From Desulfomonilia bacterium (GTDB lineage: Bacteria > Desulfobacterota > Desulfomonilia > UBA1062), in the NCBI GenBank assembly GCA_963664325.2, contig CAXXDQ010000004.1, positions 416,001-480,000 of the forward strand: 64,000 nt of DNA, read 5' to 3'. This document shows, piece after piece, positions 58,723-64,000 of the stretch (the first letter of the stretch is position 1; every line of letters begins with the position of its first letter). The notes beneath the pieces were generated by a model. That model worked only from the letters and a program-made list of their open reading frames with translations, had not been told where the DNA came from and searched no databases. The translations under genes and the position numbers were made by a program.

Positions 58723-59352
58723 TCATGAATACCTCTTCAGCAACTCTTCGAGAATCCAGTCAATGGCCTTGTCGATATCCCGCACCTCGAGCGTTACCCT
58801 GCTTATATACAGGGACACCATCCCGTGCAGGGTGCTCCAGATTTGCAGCAGATGCAAAGGCGTCTCTTCAGGGGAGATGTCCCGGATCTTGGCGGCCACT
58901 TCATTAAGGATCGACATCCCGATCTCTGAGATCTCGAGTGCGACCCTGTTCTGCCTTTCGGCGACAGCCTCCATGGCTGTGCCGCGATAGTCGCTGTATT
59001 TGGGCGTGTCCATGCTGAACATGATATTGTAATAGTGCCTGTTGGCGATTCCCCATCTTACATAGGCGCGCACTGCGGCGCGCAGCTTTTTCAGTGGATC
59101 GCCGGACGAGAGGTATGCCTTGCGAAATTCTTCCGCCATCTCTGTAAAGCCCTTGATCAGCACCATCAGATAGAGCTCATCCTTGTTGGAATAGTAGTTG
59201 TAAATCGTTTTGGCCGTGAACCCGAGGCGCCGTGCCAGTTTGCGCATGCTCAGGCCGGCATAGCCCTCCTCGTTGATGATGGACAGGGCTTCCGTGAGGA
59301 TTCGCTCGCGCACGGCTTCGATCACTTCAGGGGTGGCCGGGGTCTTGGACAT
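58723..59352 (-). CDS. TetR-family transcriptional regulator
   Basis: RERILTEA...EGYAGLSMRKLARRLG..AKTIYNYYSNKDEL; C-terminal WSTLHG; start MSKT at 59352. Confidence 0.92.
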   Translation of the reverse strand: MSKTPATPEVIEAVRERILTEALSIINEEGYAGLSMRKLARRLGFTAKTIYNYYSNKDELYLMVLIKGFTEMAEEFRKAYLSSGDPLKKLRAAVRAYVRWGIANRHYYNIMFSMDTPKYSDYRGTAMEAVAERQNRVALEISEIGMSILNEVAAKIRDISPEETPLHLLQIWSTLHGMVSLYISRVTLEVRDIDKAIDWILEELLKRYS

Positions 59353-59557
59353 TTGCCCTCTCCGGACGGCCGATGGCTGTTCAAACCGTCCGATATTTTT
59401 CCGATGGTATGTTAACAGTAAAACCTTTGTCAATGTTCCTCTCCGGACTTTGTCGCCGGACGGGATCGACTGAGACCAAATATTTGCGATGTCTCGGGGA
59501 AAATATCTTGACTCCCAGACTTTCGTTCGTAAACAATTTGTTATGAAACAGGATGTA

Positions 59558-60031
59558 ATGAAAACCAGAACCGCCGGGAACCGCGGGATAAAGATCCGAG
59601 AAATGACCATTGACGATGTGGCCGATGTTTTTCATCTCGGTGAGAAGCTTTTTACGTTCAGCATATTTCCGAACCTGTTCAGAACCTGGGATGAGTATGA
59701 GGTGATAGATTTCTTTTCATCGGAGACTGAATTCTGCCTGGTGGCCACCCGCAAGGAAAAGATCGTCGGGTTCCTGCTCTCGACGATTATTGAAAAAAGA
59801 TCGTCGCGCAAATACGGCTATCTGGTCTGGTTCGGCGTTGATGAGACGGTGCGCAGAAAAGGCGTGGCATCAAAACTCTTCGATAAGATGAAGCGCATCA
59901 TGGAAAAGAGCGGCGTGAAGATGATTATAATCGACACCCAGGCGGACAATGCAGAGGCCCTTGAATTTTTCAGGGGGAAGGGCTTTTCCTCACCGCAGGA
60001 CCATGTTTATCTTTCATTAAATATTGATTGA
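59558..60031 (+). CDS. GNAT-family acetyltransferase (RimI-like)
   Basis: IREMTIDD, FGVDETVRRKGVA, DTQADNAEALEFF..KGF. Confidence 0.88.
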   Translation: MKTRTAGNRGIKIREMTIDDVADVFHLGEKLFTFSIFPNLFRTWDEYEVIDFFSSETEFCLVATRKEKIVGFLLSTIIEKRSSRKYGYLVWFGVDETVRRKGVASKLFDKMKRIMEKSGVKMIIIDTQADNAEALEFFRGKGFSSPQDHVYLSLNID

Positions 60032-60053
60032 ATAAAGCCAAGCTCAACTGCGA

Positions 60054-60650
60054 TTAACCGTTCATCCCCTTGAATATGAGGCTGAAGAACTGATCTGAGA
60101 TATGTTCTATACTGGGCAGCTTCTTTCTCTTATGGTTAAGGACAAAGTAATAATAAACAACCCGCAAATGGGCGCCGATTAGCATGTTGGCTATAAGTTC
60201 GATATCCAGGTCTTTCCTTACAAAACCTGCATCCACGCCTTTTTTCAGATCATCGACAACATATTGAACCATCTTCCGTTCAAAGGTATCGACAAAGGTG
60301 CTGTGCAGCTCGTTCACGCTGGGGCCGATCTTGAGGTAGAGGTTGCAGAGATCTTCATGCTCCTTGAAGAATTTGAGGCTGCGGGCAACGAGGGCCTTAT
60401 AGTAGCCCAGGATATCCTCCCGCGCGAGTTCAGATAAAGGGACCTGAGCGGCCTGTTCCCATTCATCGAGAAATTTGACAAGGATTGAAATGAAGAGCTC
60501 CTCCTTGTTCTTGAAATAAAGGTAGAAGGTGCCTTTGCCTATCCCGGCTTCTTTCAGGATGGTTTCCACATGGGTATTATAATAGCCGTTTTTTGCGAAC
60601 AGTTTCGTGGCGTATGTAATGATCTGGTTTTTCCGTAATTCAGCCTTCAT
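60054..60650 (-). CDS. TetR-family transcriptional regulator
   Basis: LFAKNGYYNT....I.KEAGIGKGTFYLYFKNKEEL. Confidence 0.93.
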   Translation of the reverse strand: MKAELRKNQIITYATKLFAKNGYYNTHVETILKEAGIGKGTFYLYFKNKEELFISILVKFLDEWEQAAQVPLSELAREDILGYYKALVARSLKFFKEHEDLCNLYLKIGPSVNELHSTFVDTFERKMVQYVVDDLKKGVDAGFVRKDLDIELIANMLIGAHLRVVYYYFVLNHKRKKLPSIEHISDQFFSLIFKGMNG

Positions 60651-60739
60651 CGCTTATCCCGCCTTTTGCATTTCCTTGCCCAATGTAAGCCATGATTTGC
60701 TTGACTTCAACTTTTATCAGCGTATAGAAATATTATAAC

Positions 60740-60759
60740 AGACCTGACGCGTCAGGTCT
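60740..60759. promoter_or_regulatory. Perfect 20-bp palindrome, likely TetR operator
   Basis: AGACCTGACGCGTCAGGTCT in the divergent promoter region, just downstream of TTGACT(60701)...TATAGA. Confidence 0.75.
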
Positions 60760-60811
60760 AATTAATTTATAATGCTGCTTTGAAAATTTCAAACTGAGAT
60801 GGAGTGTACAG

Positions 60812-61723
60812 ATGAAAGAATCCACCAGAATCATGATGAAAAATCACGGATGGCGGTTTGACAGGTTCATCCACAACTACATCTACTTTGTGTTCTACCG
60901 CCCTTATGTGATATTTCTCCTCTGGCTCTTCCGTATTCTTGCCTGGAGCCTGGCGTGGTTCAAGCCGTTGAACGGTGTTCTGTCCATGGCTTTTGCAAGG
61001 TATCACGCAAAGTTTCTGATCATGAATGACGCCACCAAGATATTCACACTCAACGAAGACGTTGTTGCCACTTCCGAAGAAAACAAGCGCATCGTCCCCT
61101 ATGACTATGCCTACAAGATTATCCTTAAAGATGCCGACTGCGTAGCCGTTATGGATTGCCCGTGCATTGTGGCCAAGAAAGGCCGTGATAACCTTGGCGA
61201 CTGCGGCCCCATAAACAGGTGTTTTGCTGTCGGCAAGGGTCTTGCTACCTTCTGGGTCGATCACTGTCAGAAATATAATGCACACTTTATCTCCCAGGTC
61301 GAGGCAATCGATCTCATAAAAGATTTCAGAAAGCGCGGGCATATCACCCAGTGCTTTTTCAAGGTAGCCACGGGAGGACGCACTGGTGTTTTTTGCAACT
61401 GCTGCCCTGATTGCTGCGTGAGCATGGAAGCGACCAAGCTCGCACAAAAGTTCAACTCCAGCCTCTCAATGGCCGCTCAATCCGGATACTCGATAGAGCA
61501 TGACAGCAAAAAATGCAAAAATTGCGGGACATGCGCCAAAACCTGCCATTTCAGCGCAATCGATTTCAAGGAAGGACACCGCTCGTTCTACAGCAAATGG
61601 AACTGTATGGGATGCGGGCTTTGCACAGAGCATTGTCCTAGTGGCGCTCTGAAGCTCTATGTTGATTGCGACAAGCCGGTCCCGCTGGATATCGACCTGG
61701 TCAGGGAACAGTATGCGGATTAA
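60812..61723 (+). CDS. Cys-rich 4Fe-4S dicluster protein of unknown function
   Basis: DCPC...C..INRC, FCNCCPDCC, CKNCGTCAKTC, CMGCGLCTEHCP. Confidence 0.85.
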   Translation: MKESTRIMMKNHGWRFDRFIHNYIYFVFYRPYVIFLLWLFRILAWSLAWFKPLNGVLSMAFARYHAKFLIMNDATKIFTLNEDVVATSEENKRIVPYDYAYKIILKDADCVAVMDCPCIVAKKGRDNLGDCGPINRCFAVGKGLATFWVDHCQKYNAHFISQVEAIDLIKDFRKRGHITQCFFKVATGGRTGVFCNCCPDCCVSMEATKLAQKFNSSLSMAAQSGYSIEHDSKKCKNCGTCAKTCHFSAIDFKEGHRSFYSKWNCMGCGLCTEHCPSGALKLYVDCDKPVPLDIDLVREQYAD

Positions 61724-61790
61724 GAAACCATCCGGCATGGCTGGTTAGGCTGAATAAATAACCGGATTTGGGAAATTGGAGGTCTTATCA

Positions 61791-63098
61791 ATGCAGAAAG
61801 AATATGACGTTATCGTCGCAGGATCAGGTCCCGGGGGCGCCACGGTCGCACGCGAAATGAGCAGGCGCAATAAAAAGGTCCTGCTGATTGAACGCGGAGG
61901 CAATTGGCAGGCGCTCGGAAACACCCTGTCCATCGCCATGATCATGCAATGGGTGCCGCTTATCTTCAGCAGGCAGGCCAATGTCGTTATGGCGGCTTCC
62001 AATTACGGCGGAGCGTCGGTCATCTCCTGCGGGGCCGCGGTTGCGCCGCCCAGAAAGATCTTCGATAAAGTGGGAATCGACCTTTCAGCCGAGGCCGCAG
62101 AGGCCAGGAGCGAGATGTGGATCAGCGCCCTGCCCGATGCATTGGTCGGCAAGACCAACATGCGCCTGCTTGAAGCGGCTAATGACCTGGGCTATCAATG
62201 GGCCAAGATCGAACGTTTCGTGGATTCGAACCGCTGCGTACCCGGCTGCGCCGACTGCATGCTCGGGTGCCCGCGCGGGGCGAAATGGTCTTCGCGCATC
62301 TTTGGCGACGACGCCCTCAGGCATGGGGCGGAGCTTATACTCAATACCCGAGTCAACAACATCATTAAAGAGAATGGCAAGGCCGTCGGGGTGGAGGCCA
62401 GCCGCCTGGGCCAAAAGGTAAAGTACTTCGGCAAGAAGATCGTATTGTCCGGCGGTGTATCAAATGTCGGCATCTTAAGACGCGCCGGCATCAGTGAAGC
62501 AGGCCGCAGCTTTGCCGTGGACTGGCTGCAGTTCATAGGCGGGGTCATCCCGGGAATGAACACTGTCCATGATCAGCCCATGGCGGTGGGCACCATGGAG
62601 CATTACGAATCCGACGGCATCATAATCCTGCCGGTATTCCCTAACTGGTCCATGCTGGCGGCCATGCTTTTGCTTAAAGGCCCGCAGGCCCTGCCGTGGT
62701 TCCGTAACGCCTGGAGAAGCAGCGGTATCATGGTCAAGATCCAGGACGAGCTCCGTGGCGAGATATTTCCAGACAACCTGCTCTATACATGCAGCAAGGA
62801 ACCGTCCGAGCGGGATAAGAAAAGGCTCAGAAAAGGTGCTGACATCGTCCGCAAGGTTCTGGTGAAGGCAGGCGCCCCTGAAGATTCAATAATGGAGCTC
62901 AACCCTTCCGGCGCCCACCCTTCGGCGGCCTGCCGCATCGGCGAGGTGGTGGATACCGACCTCAAGACCCGGATAGACAATCTGTACTGCTGTGATGCGA
63001 GCGTGGTTCCGGAATCGCTGGGCCTGCCGGTGGTCTGGACCGCCGTTTCGCTTGGCAAAAGGCTCGCAAAGCATCTCGATGAGCAACTGAATAATTGA
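61791..63098 (+). CDS. GMC-family FAD oxidoreductase
   Basis: YDVIVAGSGPGG, GGASVI, CVPGCADCMLGCP..AKWS, AHP...CRIG, LYCCDASVVP; RBS GGAGG. Confidence 0.88.
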   Translation: MQKEYDVIVAGSGPGGATVAREMSRRNKKVLLIERGGNWQALGNTLSIAMIMQWVPLIFSRQANVVMAASNYGGASVISCGAAVAPPRKIFDKVGIDLSAEAAEARSEMWISALPDALVGKTNMRLLEAANDLGYQWAKIERFVDSNRCVPGCADCMLGCPRGAKWSSRIFGDDALRHGAELILNTRVNNIIKENGKAVGVEASRLGQKVKYFGKKIVLSGGVSNVGILRRAGISEAGRSFAVDWLQFIGGVIPGMNTVHDQPMAVGTMEHYESDGIIILPVFPNWSMLAAMLLLKGPQALPWFRNAWRSSGIMVKIQDELRGEIFPDNLLYTCSKEPSERDKKRLRKGADIVRKVLVKAGAPEDSIMELNPSGAHPSAACRIGEVVDTDLKTRIDNLYCCDASVVPESLGLPVVWTAVSLGKRLAKHLDEQLNN

Positions 63099-63166
63099 TT
63101 TGTTTTCAACGTAAAATAGTTCAGCGCCCCGGCATTTTCAGCCGGATCGCTGTCCCTGCCCTTTTA

Positions 63167-64000
63167 TCATGGACAGGAATAAAATCCGCCGTCGCTCTCA
63201 CCGAACCTGCGATAAACGACAACAGTGGGGTTATTGACACCTGAAAGCTTTTCAATGCCTTTCAAAGCGTTTTCATAATAACCGATCTCGTCGATCAGGT
63301 GGTGCTTGAGGGCAAAGTTCGCCGCCATTATCCTCCCGTCCCCCGCTATCTTCAAATCTTCTTCGGTCATGCCCGGGCGGTCCTTCTTAACCTTTGAGAT
63401 GAAATCGTCGAACATCTCTCCAACAATGGCCTTGTAAATCCCCTTGTCGTCTTCGGTCATATCCCGCATGGGCGTACCTGCGTCCTTGAATTTGCCTGAT
63501 GTTATCGACTGGTTGTGAACCCCGAGCATGTCCATCAACCCCTGGTAGCTTACCGAGGGCAGCAGAACCCCTATATTGCCGATCATTGACGTGGGCAGGG
63601 CGATAATCCTGTCGGACGACAACGCCGTCATATAGGCGCCGGATGTGCCGCTATTGACTATGCAGGAGACAACAGGAATTTTCTTCGCCTTCTTGAATTC
63701 GATGATTCGCCTGTAAAGAAGGTCGGACGCCGTAGCAGAACCCCCGGGGGAATCGATTTTTAAAATAACACCCTTTATGTCCTGATCTACAGACGCTACA
63801 CTCAGGATTTCATCCAGCCTTTCAAGTGTTCCTTCCTTTGTCATGAACATCTCTTTCGTATGCGTGTCTGTCAGGATCCCCAAAACCTCAACCACAAGAA
63901 CCTTGCTCTGGGAGCCTTTATACAAAACCTTTTCCTGCATCTTCGGAACCTTTATCAGGTTCGCAAGGTCGACCAACACAAATGCGCATCCGTTAAGGAC
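63167..64000 (-). CDS. sppA: Signal peptide peptidase SppA (S49), 5' end outside window
   Basis: IDSPGG, TSGAY.TA, GNIGV, SGKFKD, DGRI, LIDEIG. Confidence 0.9.
   Translation of the reverse strand, partial: VLNGCAFVLVDLANLIKVPKMQEKVLYKGSQSKVLVVEVLGILTDTHTKEMFMTKEGTLERLDEILSVASVDQDIKGVILKIDSPGGSATASDLLYRRIIEFKKAKKIPVVSCIVNSGTSGAYMTALSSDRIIALPTSMIGNIGVLLPSVSYQGLMDMLGVHNQSITSGKFKDAGTPMRDMTEDDKGIYKAIVGEMFDDFISKVKKDRPGMTEEDLKIAGDGRIMAANFALKHHLIDEIGYYENALKGIEKLSGVNNPTVVVYRRFGESDGGFYSCP

Noticed and set aside
59353-59610. N-terminal extensions of the tetR (to 59610) and GNAT (from 59489) ORFs
   Set aside because: They would overlap each other across a divergent promoter region; domain homology begins at 59352 and about 59558

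Overview
Gene-dense 64 kb chromosomal window from an anaerobic bacterium. The gene content (sigma-54 regulation, four-subunit POR, ADP-forming acyl-CoA ligase halves, leuS-lptE-holA) suggests Desulfobacterota/Syntrophia-like Deltaproteobacteria; this taxonomy is an inference. There are about 55 CDSs, and no rRNA, tRNA, CRISPR array, integrase or transposase was seen. Housekeeping genes (PBP1A, ubiE/menG, ppiA, prfC, leuS-lptE-holA, DEAD-box helicase, sppA) alternate with catabolic and redox modules. Main points of interest: (1) a translationally coupled operon of lysine 2,3-aminomutase, two non-canonical Ddl-like ATP-grasp ligases, a GNAT and an FAD oxidoreductase, which looks like an uncharacterised beta-amino-acid peptide or osmolyte pathway; (2) a porCDAB operon continuing into a NuoE/F/G-like (HydCBA/BfuABC-like) module with no catalytic metal centre, a candidate electron-bifurcating 2-oxoacid oxidoreductase; (3) a sigma-54-controlled module of ABM protein, Ser-type arylsulfatase (frameshifted) and anaerobic maturase, with visible enhancer palindromes; (4) two copies of a ~123 bp palindromic intergenic element; (5) a possible leaderless uORF ending Pro-Pro-UGA upstream of prfC. 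All calls come from motif recognition by eye; no database searches were run.
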